From Nostocoides sp. (GTDB taxonomy: Bacteria; Actinomycetota; Actinomycetes; Actinomycetales; Dermatophilaceae), in the NCBI GenBank assembly GCA_016716625.1, contig JADJVJ010000005.1, forward strand, positions 4,237 through 68,236: a DNA stretch of 64,000 nucleotides, written 5' to 3'. A program made the translations under genes and the position numbers. Below, one piece after another: positions 27,358 to 35,728 of this stretch (the first letter of the stretch is position 1; each line of letters begins with the position of its first letter). The notes under the pieces are model-generated. The model was not told the origin of the DNA. It did not search any database and saw only the letters and a program-made list of their open reading frames with translations.

Positions 27358-28485
27358 ATGTCGTCCGGTCCGCTCCCCCGTGAGCTGCACCCCGCCGCGT
27401 GGTGGGTGTGGGCCATCGGACTGGCCGTTGCCGTGAGCCAGAGCAGCAACCCGCTGCTCCTTCTCATCGCCCTCGGTGTCGTCGGCCTCGTCGTCCTGGC
27501 GAGGCGCGGCGGTTCACCGTGGGCGCGGGCGTTCCGGCTCTACCTTTGGCTCGGGCTGTTCATCATCGCGGTCCGGGTCGTGCTGCATGTCCTCGTCGGC
27601 TACAAGGTCGGCGACCACGTCCTGGTGAGCTTGCCGACCGTGACCCTGCCCTCGTGGGCCGCGGGCATCACCCTCCTTGGGGACATCAGGCTCGAAGGTC
27701 TGCTGCTCGCGATCGTCCTCGGTCTTCGGCTTGCCGTGATGATCGCCTGCATCGGCGCCGCAAACGCGCTCGCCAACCCCAAGCGGCTGCTGCGGACCCT
27801 TCCCGGAGCACTGCATGAGATCGGGTCCGCGGTCGTGGTCTCGGTGAGCGTGGCGCCGCAACTCGCCGAGAGCGTCCAGCGGGTGCGCCGAGCACGGGAA
27901 CTCCGCGGCGAGGCCGCCCGGGGCCTGCGGGGCCTGCCGGCGATCGCGCTGCCGGTCCTTGAGGACACCCTCGACCGCTCGCTGCTGCTCGCCGCGGCGA
28001 TGGATTCCAGGGGCTATGGGCGATCGGCGGATCGCCCGGAGAGCCGGCGCCGGCTGACCTCGTCGCTCACCCTGGTCGGGCTGTTGCTCAGCGCGGTGGG
28101 CATCTACGGGGTTCTCGACGCGAGCACCTCGCCGCTGCTCGGTGCCCCTGCCCTCATGTGTGGGCTGGCGCTGGCTCTCGCCGGGCTATGGACCGGTGGG
28201 CTGGGAGCCGGGCGCACGACATACCGGCCAGACCCCTGGCGCGGCGCGGAGTGGGTGACGGTCGGCAGCGGCATCGCCGCCGCGGTGACGGCGGTCCTCG
28301 CCGCCCGGTGGGCACCCGAGGCCATGATCCTGCCGGTCGAACCACTGTCCTGGCCCGAGTTGCCCTTGCTCGCGGTCGCGGGACTGCTGCTGGGGGCTGC
28401 CCCCGCCTACCTCACGCCGGTGCCCCCGCAGGCGACCCGGCGCTCGGGTCCCACCCGGAGGGCTCTGGTGACCAGCGATGGCTGA
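27358..28485 (+). CDS. ECF transporter transmembrane (T) component, CbiQ family
   Basis: 375 aa polytopic protein with the conserved ARELRG...LLAAAMDSRGYG region. Confidence 0.85.
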   Translation: MSSGPLPRELHPAAWWVWAIGLAVAVSQSSNPLLLLIALGVVGLVVLARRGGSPWARAFRLYLWLGLFIIAVRVVLHVLVGYKVGDHVLVSLPTVTLPSWAAGITLLGDIRLEGLLLAIVLGLRLAVMIACIGAANALANPKRLLRTLPGALHEIGSAVVVSVSVAPQLAESVQRVRRARELRGEAARGLRGLPAIALPVLEDTLDRSLLLAAAMDSRGYGRSADRPESRRRLTSSLTLVGLLLSAVGIYGVLDASTSPLLGAPALMCGLALALAGLWTGGLGAGRTTYRPDPWRGAEWVTVGSGIAAAVTAVLAARWAPEAMILPVEPLSWPELPLLAVAGLLLGAAPAYLTPVPPQATRRSGPTRRALVTSDG

Positions 28486-30253
28486 GGCGATCGTTCTGGA
28501 GGGGGTGAGCCTCACCCTGCCCAACGCCGGTGAGCCCACCCTGAGCGGCGTCGACCTCGTCATCCCCGAGGGTGAACTCGCGCTCGTCGTGGGACGCACC
28601 GGGTCGGGCAAGTCGACCCTGCTCGGCGCGATCTGCGGACGGGTGCCGCACTTCACCGGGGGAACCCTCACCGGCCACGTCCGCATCCACGGCCGGGACA
28701 CCCGCCAGCACCGCCCGCGCGACCTCGCCGACCTCGTGGGGGTCGTCGGGCAGGACCCGCTCGCCGGGTTCGTCACCGACACCGTCGATGAGGAACTCGC
28801 CTACGGGATGGAGCAGTTGGGGCTCCCACCTGCAACGATGCGCAAGCGGGTCGAGGAGACCCTCGACGTCTTGGGCATCGCGGACCTTCGCGGGGCGGCA
28901 CTGCGGGAGCTGTCTGGAGGGCAACAGCAGCGGGTGGCCATCGGGTCGGTGCTCACCGCGCATCCGCGGGTCATCCTCCTCGACGAGCCGACCTCCGCGC
29001 TCGACCCGACTGGGGCCGAAGAGGTGCTCGCGACGATCACCCGGCTCGTCCACGACCTCGGAGTGACCGTGGTCGTCGCCGAACACCGGATCGAGCGGGT
29101 CCTGCACTATGCCGATCTCGTCGTCCATGTCGGCGACGCGCGGGTCGAGGTCGGCAGCCCGGCTGAGGTCATGGAAACCTCGGACGTCGCCCCTCCGGTC
29201 GTCGAGCTCGGACGGCTTGCCGGGTGGTCTCCGCTGCCGCTCTCGGTCCGGGATGCCCGCCGGGCCGCCCGCTCCCCCGGCCTGCCGGGCGACCTAACCT
29301 CTGCTAGCAGAGGTTGGTTTCAGAACCACATGACGCATCCTTCGGTCCTTCCCCGAAGTTCTGCTAGCAGAGCTTCGGTCTGGGCGGGGGGTTCGGGCGT
29401 GGGAGCGGGTGCGGGTGCGAGCGTGGGTGCGGCCGCGGGGAGTTCGGCGGCCCTCAACCCGGCGGTCTCGGGGCGCCAGGTCGTCGTGACGTACCCGGGC
29501 GGGGTCCTCGCCGTCGCCGGGGTGGACCTCGACCTGTATGCCGGTCAGGTCACCGCCCTCATGGGGCGCAACGGCTCCGGCAAGTCCTCCCTCCTCTGGG
29601 CGCTTCAGGGCACCGGTACCCGCACCTCCGGTGAGATCACCGCCACCGACTCCACCGGCGCCCGGGTCGATCCCGCCGGCCTGCGCCCCGGAGAACGCCG
29701 GCGGATCGTCGGCATGGTCCCGCAGACCGCCTCGGACCTGCTCTACCTCGAGACCGCGGCCGCCGAATGCGCCCAGGCCGACCGGGAATCCGGCGCCGCC
29801 CCCGGCACCGCCGCGAGCCTCGTCCTCGACCTCGTCCCGGACGTTGACCTCGGTGCGCACCCCAGAGACCTCAGCGAGGGCCAGAAACTCGCCCTCGTCC
29901 TGGCCGTCCAGCTCACCGCACGTCCCCCGGTCCTGCTCCTGGACGAGCCGACCCGCGGACTGGACTACGACGCCAAGGCCGCGCTGAGCAAGGTCATGCG
30001 CCACCTGGCCAGCCAGGGGCGCGCGGTTGCGGTGAGCACCCATGATGTCGAGTTTGTCGCCGAGTGCGCCGACCGGGTGCTCGTCCTCGCTGGCGGCGAG
30101 GTCGTTGCCGACGGACCGACCGCGGACATCGTCGTTGCCTCCCCCGCCTACGCCCCCCAGGTGAGCAAGATCCTCGGCGGCCCCTGGCTCACCGTCGACG
30201 ACGTCCGGGCCGTGCTCAGCGGGGTCGCGAAGACCTCGGGGAGTATGCCGTGA
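28478..30253 (+). CDS. fused double ATPase of an ECF/ABC transporter (EcfA1-EcfA2 / CbiO-like)
   Basis: Two ABC cassettes: GRTGSGKSTL...LSGGQQQRV...LLDEPTS and GRNGSGKSSL...LSEGQKLAL...LLDEPTRGLD. An unusual linker is encoded by 29290-29450. Confidence 0.9.
   Translation: MAEAIVLEGVSLTLPNAGEPTLSGVDLVIPEGELALVVGRTGSGKSTLLGAICGRVPHFTGGTLTGHVRIHGRDTRQHRPRDLADLVGVVGQDPLAGFVTDTVDEELAYGMEQLGLPPATMRKRVEETLDVLGIADLRGAALRELSGGQQQRVAIGSVLTAHPRVILLDEPTSALDPTGAEEVLATITRLVHDLGVTVVVAEHRIERVLHYADLVVHVGDARVEVGSPAEVMETSDVAPPVVELGRLAGWSPLPLSVRDARRAARSPGLPGDLTSASRGWFQNHMTHPSVLPRSSASRASVWAGGSGVGAGAGASVGAAAGSSAALNPAVSGRQVVVTYPGGVLAVAGVDLDLYAGQVTALMGRNGSGKSSLLWALQGTGTRTSGEITATDSTGARVDPAGLRPGERRRIVGMVPQTASDLLYLETAAAECAQADRESGAAPGTAASLVLDLVPDVDLGAHPRDLSEGQKLALVLAVQLTARPPVLLLDEPTRGLDYDAKAALSKVMRHLASQGRAVAVSTHDVEFVAECADRVLVLAGGEVVADGPTADIVVASPAYAPQVSKILGGPWLTVDDVRAVLSGVAKTSGSMP
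29296..29376. repeat. two palindromes sharing the core CTGCTAGCAG (20 bp perfect at 29296-29315; 22 bp with one mismatch pair at 29355-29376) plus two small hairpins between them
   Basis: AACCTCTGCTAGCAGAGGTT is its own reverse complement. The second palindrome is GAAGtTCTGCTAGCAGAgCTTC. Between them are TGGTT-tcag-AACCA (29315-29328) and CTTCGG/CCGAAG (29340-29345 with 29353-29358). By eye the region is about 50% GC against a background of about 70%. Confidence 0.9.
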
Positions 30254-31044
30254 GCACCCCGCTGGTCGTCGCACCCACCTCTCGGGCCATTGCGATCCGC
30301 CCGAGATCGGTTGTGGCACTGGCCCTGGTGAGCACCGCGGGACTGTTGGCCTTCCTCTGGCCGCTCATCGTCACGAGGGACTCCGCACTGGCGACCTCGA
30401 CCGATGCCCCGCTCATCTTCGCGGCGATCCTGCCGCTGCTGCTCGCCGTCGTCCTCGCCGAGATCTCCGAGGGCGGCCTCGACGTCAAGGCCATTGCCAT
30501 GCTCGGGGTGCTCTCGGCGGTCGGGGCCGCCCTGCGCCCGCTCGGTGCCGGCACCGCCGGCCTGGAAACCGTCTTCTTTCTCCTCGTCCTCGGGGGCCGG
30601 GTTTTCGGTGCCGGGTTCGGTTTTGTCCTGGGCGCCACCACCCTTTTCGCCTCCGCCCTGCTCACCGGGGGCGTTGGGCCGTGGTTGCCCTTCCAGATGA
30701 TCGCCGCGGCCTGGGTCGGGCTCGGTGCGGGCCTGCTTCCGGCGGCGCGCGGCCGCGCCGAGATCGTCCTGCTCGCGGCATACGGGGGCCTCTGTGGTCT
30801 CCTCTACGGGCTCCTCATGAACCTCTCCTTCTGGCCGTTCTCGACCGGGCTCACCTCAGAGCTGTCGTTCGTGCCCGGCGGCGGTCTCGGCGAGAACCTG
30901 CACCGGTTCGTCGTCTTCTCGTTCGCCACCTCGCTCGGCTGGGACCTTGGCCGGGCGCTGACCAACATCGTCCTGGTCGCGGTGACCGGTCCGGCGGTTC
31001 TGCGCGCCCTCCGCCGGGCAGCGCGCCGGGCCGCGTTCGCCTGA
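30250..31044 (+). CDS. ECF-transporter substrate-capture (S) component-like membrane protein
   Basis: GTG 30250 overlaps the stop of the ATPase gene. 264 aa with about seven hydrophobic helices. It is the last gene of the riboswitch operon. Confidence 0.55.
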   Translation: MSTPLVVAPTSRAIAIRPRSVVALALVSTAGLLAFLWPLIVTRDSALATSTDAPLIFAAILPLLLAVVLAEISEGGLDVKAIAMLGVLSAVGAALRPLGAGTAGLETVFFLLVLGGRVFGAGFGFVLGATTLFASALLTGGVGPWLPFQMIAAAWVGLGAGLLPAARGRAEIVLLAAYGGLCGLLYGLLMNLSFWPFSTGLTSELSFVPGGGLGENLHRFVVFSFATSLGWDLGRALTNIVLVAVTGPAVLRALRRAARRAAFA

Positions 31045-31068
31045 CCCCACCTGGCACAATCGGGCTTC

Positions 31069-31608
31069 ATGAGCCCCCTGGAGCTGCACCGAGAGTCGGC
31101 GTGGCTGAGCCGTGAGGACCTTGACGCGGCGCGTGAGCGGCTGCCCATCCTCTATGTCGACGCGGTGCCCGTGCGGGTGGATGATCGCGGGGCGGTCACT
31201 GCCGTCGGCCTTCTCCTGCGGATCGGTCCGGATGGCGGCATGTGCCGGGAGCTCGTCTCCGGGCGGGTGCTGTATCAGGAGCGAGTCCGCGACGCCATTC
31301 TGCGGCATATCGAGAAGGATCTCGGGCCGGTCGCGCTGCCGCAGGTTCCGCCGAGCCCGCAACCGTTCACCGTGGCCGAGTACTTCCCCACCCCGGGGGT
31401 CACGCCGTATCACGACCCGCGGCAGCATGCCGTCTCGCTGGCTTTTGTGGTCCCGGTCACCGGGGACTGCGCCCCGCAACAGGACGCCCTGGACCTCACC
31501 TGGCTGAGCCCTCAGGAAGCATGCCAGAGCGCGGTGATCGCCGAGATGGACCGCGGCCACGGGGTGCTCCTTCGGCAGGCCCTCGCCCACCTCGGCCACC
31601 CGCTCTGA
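31069..31608 (+). CDS. NUDIX-fold-like protein (DUF4916-like)
   Basis: 179 aa. The family assignment comes from overall pattern memory only (LPILYVDAVPVRVDDRG...LLLR). Confidence 0.4.
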   Translation: MSPLELHRESAWLSREDLDAARERLPILYVDAVPVRVDDRGAVTAVGLLLRIGPDGGMCRELVSGRVLYQERVRDAILRHIEKDLGPVALPQVPPSPQPFTVAEYFPTPGVTPYHDPRQHAVSLAFVVPVTGDCAPQQDALDLTWLSPQEACQSAVIAEMDRGHGVLLRQALAHLGHPL

Positions 31609-31632
31609 GCTGCGGCCCGGCGACCACCGAGG

Positions 31633-32385
31633 TCAGCCGGTGAACTTGTCCCGCGTCCGGGTCATGTCGTGGTGGTCGGCAGCGGCCGCCTCCTCGACCG
31701 TGGGAGCGCCCCCGCCGAGGCGCGCAGGCTGGAAGATCGCGTCCTGTCCGATGAAGGGTCCGTAGGCCGCCTGCTGTGCCTCGAGCTGGACTCGCATGAC
31801 CTCGCGCAGCCGGGAGGTCGTCTCGACCGGGTCGTCACCGGCAGCGACGTGGAACGGCTCACCCACGGTGATGTGCACCGCGACGTGGTCCCGGCCCATG
31901 TGCTTGGGCGTGTTCTTGCTCCAGACCTTTTGGCTGCCCCAGATCGTCGTCGGGAGGATCGGGACCTGGGCCTCCTGGGCCATTCGCACGGCGCCGAGCT
32001 TGAACTCCTTGAGTTCGAAGGCACGCGACATGGTCGCCTCCGGGAACAACCCGACGACCTCGCCGCCGCGCAGGGCCGTCACCGCAGCCTCGAAGGACCC
32101 CTGCCCGGCACGCCGGTCGACGGGGATGTGCTTCATCCCGCGCATGAGCGGCCCGGTCACTCGGTGCCCGAAGACGGATTGCTTCGCCATGAATCGCACG
32201 TACCGCCCCGAGCGCCGAGCGGCCAGCCCGGCATACATGAAGTCGAGGTACCCGGTGTGGTTGATCGCCATCACGGCCCCGCCGCACCGCGGCACATGTT
32301 CCTCGCCGAGGATCGTGAACCGGGTGCCCTGACCAGCGAAGAGGCTTCGCGCGGCACCCACGACGACGCGGTAGAGGGGGTCCAT
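31633..32385 (-). CDS. plsC: 1-acyl-sn-glycerol-3-phosphate acyltransferase (PlsC family)
   Basis: Internal ATG at 32385 of ORF 31633..33249. It has the NHTGYLD (HX4D) and FPEATMSR motifs. Confidence 0.85.
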   Translation of the reverse strand: MDPLYRVVVGAARSLFAGQGTRFTILGEEHVPRCGGAVMAINHTGYLDFMYAGLAARRSGRYVRFMAKQSVFGHRVTGPLMRGMKHIPVDRRAGQGSFEAAVTALRGGEVVGLFPEATMSRAFELKEFKLGAVRMAQEAQVPILPTTIWGSQKVWSKNTPKHMGRDHVAVHITVGEPFHVAAGDDPVETTSRLREVMRVQLEAQQAAYGPFIGQDAIFQPARLGGGAPTVEEAAAADHHDMTRTRDKFTG

Positions 32386-32451
32386 GACGGCCCACCCTAC
32401 GCGAACGTAACCTGTTCGCGAGCACCCGCGACGGATGGGAAGATAGCCCCC

Positions 32452-34964
32452 ATGACCGAGCATCCCACGCCATCTCACGCTGCCCGTATGCCGGAGCGGC
32501 CCTCGCTGGAGGGCCTCGAGGAGAAGTGGGCAGAGGTATGGCGTGCGGAGGGCACCTATGCCTTCGATCGCGAGCGGGCCCTGCGCGAGCCGCGCTCGCA
32601 GGTGTTCTCCATCGACACGCCCCCGCCGACCGCCTCCGGCAGCCTGCACATGGGTCACGTCTTCTCCTACACCCACACCGACTGCATGGCCCGCTACCAG
32701 CGGATGCGGGGGCTCAACGTCTTCTACCCCATCGGGTGGGACGACAACGGGCTGCCGACCGAGAAGCGCGTCCAGAACTACTACGGCGTGCGCGGTGACG
32801 CGACCCTGCACCACGACCCCGACTTCACCCCGCCCTTCGAGGGCAACCGGACCTCGACCAAGGCCGCGGACGAGGTGCCGATCAGCCGGCAGAACTTCAT
32901 CGAGCTCTGCAACGTCCTCACCGTCAAGGACGAGGAGGCCTTCGAGAGTCTCTTCCGGCGAATCGGCCACAGCTACGACTGGTCGATCTCCTACCGGACT
33001 ATCGACGACCACTCGCGGGCCACGGCCCAGCAGGCGTTCCTCCGCAACCTCGCCCGGGGCGAGGCCTACCAGGCCGAGGCCCCCGGCCTCTGGGACGTCA
33101 CCTTCCAGACGGCGGTGGCCCAGGCCGAGCTCGAGGCGCGCGACTACCCGGGCCACTACCACCGGGTGGCCTTCCATCGGCCCGACGGCACCGTCGTGCA
33201 CATCGAGACCACCCGCCCCGAGCTCATACCCAGCGTGCGTGGCCCTCATCGCCCACCCCGACGACGCGCGGTACCAGCCCCTCTTCGGGACCGTGGTGGC
33301 GCGAGCTACGCCTGCCGACTCGTTCGGTGATCACCCGCACCGGCCGCCTGCAGAGCGAGACCCCGGACTGGCTCGTGGGCACCGCGGGCGAGCGCCTCTA
33401 TGCCGACCAGCTCGCCGGTGCCACCTCGTTCGCGGCCCGCACCGCGGTCGTCGAGGCGCTGCGCGCCAGCGGCGACCTCGACGGTGAACCCACCCCGACG
33501 CAGCGCAAGGCGAACTTCTACGAGCGCGGGGAGAAGCCGCTCGAGATTGTCACCTCCCGCCAGTGGTACATCCGTAACGGTGGCCGGGACGCCGCTCAAT
33601 GCCGCCCTCATCGCGCGCGGCGAGGAGGTCGACTTCCACCCGGCCTTCATGCGCAGCCGTTATGCGAACTGGGTCGCCGGGCTCAACGGCGACTGGCTCG
33701 TCTCGCGCCAGCGCTTCTTCGGCGTCCCGATCCCGCTTTGGTATGCCGTCGACGCCGACGGCGAGCCCGACTACACCTCCCCCATCGTGCCCACCGAGGC
33801 CGCGCTGCCGGTGGACCCGGCGGCCAATCCGCCGTCGGGGTACACCGAGGACCAACGCGGGGTGCCCGGTGGCTTCATCGGCGACCCCGACGTGCTGGAT
33901 ACCTGGGCCACCTCCTCGCTCACCCCTCAGATTGCCGGCGGCTGGCGCGGCCCCGACGGTCAGGGCCCCGACCCGTTGTTCGCCAAGGTTTTCCCGTTCG
34001 ATGTCCGCCCCCAGGGGCACGACATCATCCGGACCTGGCTCTTCTCTACCGTCGTGCGCTCCCACTACGAGCACGGGTGCGTCCCGTGGGCCCACGCGGC
34101 GCTCAGCGGCTGGATCCTCGACCCGGACCGCAAGAAGATGAGCAAGTCCCGCGGCAACGTCGTCACCCCCGAGGACCTGCTCAAGGAGCACAGCGCCGAC
34201 GCGGTCCGCTACTGGGCGGCCAGCGGCCGGCTCGGGACCGACGCCGCCTACGACGTCGCGCAGATCAAGGTCGGCCGTCGGCTCGCGATCAAGGTCCTCA
34301 ATGCGAGCCGGTTCGCGCTCTCCTTCGGCGAGGTCGAGGGTGACCTCGCCTCCTGGTGACCGTCCCGCTCGACCGGTCGGTGCTGGCGACCGTGCGTGAG
34401 GTGATCGCCAAGGCCACGGCCGGCTTCGAGGCCTGGGACTACACCAAGGCCCTCGAGGTCACCGAGTCGTTCTTTTGGAGCTTCTGCGACGACTACCTGG
34501 AACTTGTCAAGGACCGCGCCTACGGTGCCCAGGACCCGGCCGGGGCCGCGAGCGCCCGGGCCACCCTGCGACTCGCGCTCGATGTCGTCCTCCGGCTCCT
34601 CGCCCCGGTGCTGCCCTATGTCACCGAGGAGGTGTGGAGGTGGACCCATGACGGGTCGATCCATCGCGCCCCGTGGCCGCAGGTGGAGGAGCTTCCCGCC
34701 GACGGTGACCCGGAGGTCCTCACCGCGGTCGCGGCGGCCTTGGCGGCGCTGCGGAAGGCGAAGTCCGAGGCCAAGGTCGGCATGCGAGCCGAGGTTGCCT
34801 CGGTCACGCTGGCGTCCCCGGAGGCCATGCATGCCCTCATCGCGCTCGGAGAGCCAGACCTGCGCGCGGCCGGGCGAGTCACCGGTCAGCTGAGGTATGC
34901 CGTCGCCGATGAGGTCAGCGCGCGCGACGCCGACCTCATCCCGGTGGAGCGCCCGAGTTCCTGA
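32452..34964 (+). pseudogene. valS: valine--tRNA ligase, reading frame broken 4 times in this sequence (3 small indels plus a deletion of roughly 40 codons)
   Basis: The pieces lie in frames 1, 2, 0, 1, 0. They are: MTEHPT...[18 protein letters not shown]...TTRPELIPS | [19 protein letters not shown] | [19 protein letters not shown]...WYIRNGGRD | LNAALIARGEEVDFHP...KMSKSRGNVV...GDLAS | VTVPLDRSVLA...DDYLELVKDRAY... The breaks are at about 33230-33240, 33293-33300, 33585-33595 and 34347-34357. Confidence 0.85.
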
Positions 34965-35054
34965 ACCGCCCCGCCAGTCAGGCCGGGGCCGGGTCCAGGT
35001 CGACGGCATACGAGCGGGAACGCGCCGTTTGCGACCCGGACGGCTGGACACTGA

Positions 35055-35653
35055 TCAGGGCACGTCCCACGCCGATAGCGCGAGCCGACGACCCACGAAG
35101 TCGTCCCGGCGCAGGTGGGACACGCGCCCGTCGCCGGGGTCGTAGACATCGAGGGTACGGTCGCCGTCCCCGGGCAGGATGAGGACGACATGCCGCGGCA
35201 GCATGGCGTTGCCGACATAGAGCAGGCCCGGTGCTCCCGCCGCGACGACGTCGACGAGCCGGTCATACGAGGCCTGCAGGGCGGGCTCGGAGTCCGTCCG
35301 CAACAATTCGATGTCGTAGCTCGTCGCCGAGGCCGAGGCGCCGTACTCGAGCTCAAGCCGAGCACCCCACGGAGGGGTGCCGAGCAGTCGGGGCCACGGG
35401 GCGTTGAGCCGCCCGCCTCCGGCGAGGAGGCCGTTGGTCCGCCGCTGGACGATCCGCTCATAGGCGGCGAACCGTTCGTCCGGCGTGCGCCCCCGCGGCG
35501 CCCGGGAGGCATCAGGGCCCCGGTGCGGACCCAGGAGGCGAACACCGGGTCCACGAGCATCCGGGCCACCGTGAGGCAGGCCGACCCGCAGGTCACCTGC
35601 GACTGTTGCCGAGGCCCCTGGTCCCCGGAACGCAGTCGGTATGCCGTCGCCAC
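35055..35653 (-). pseudogene. papain-fold (C39-like) cysteine peptidase family protein with one frameshift
   Basis: N-terminus MATAYRLRSGDQGPRQQSQVTCGSACLTVARMLVDP (Gln/Cys catalytic pattern). After about 35520-35535 it continues in another frame as GRTPDERFAAYERIVQRRTNGLL...NAMLPRHVVLILPG (His). Confidence 0.45.
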
Positions 35654-35728
35654 GGGCCCATCCTCGCCTGAGCGTCGCCGGTCGCGCTACCCGGTGATTC
35701 CGGGAGGTACCTACGACACAATGGGGGG

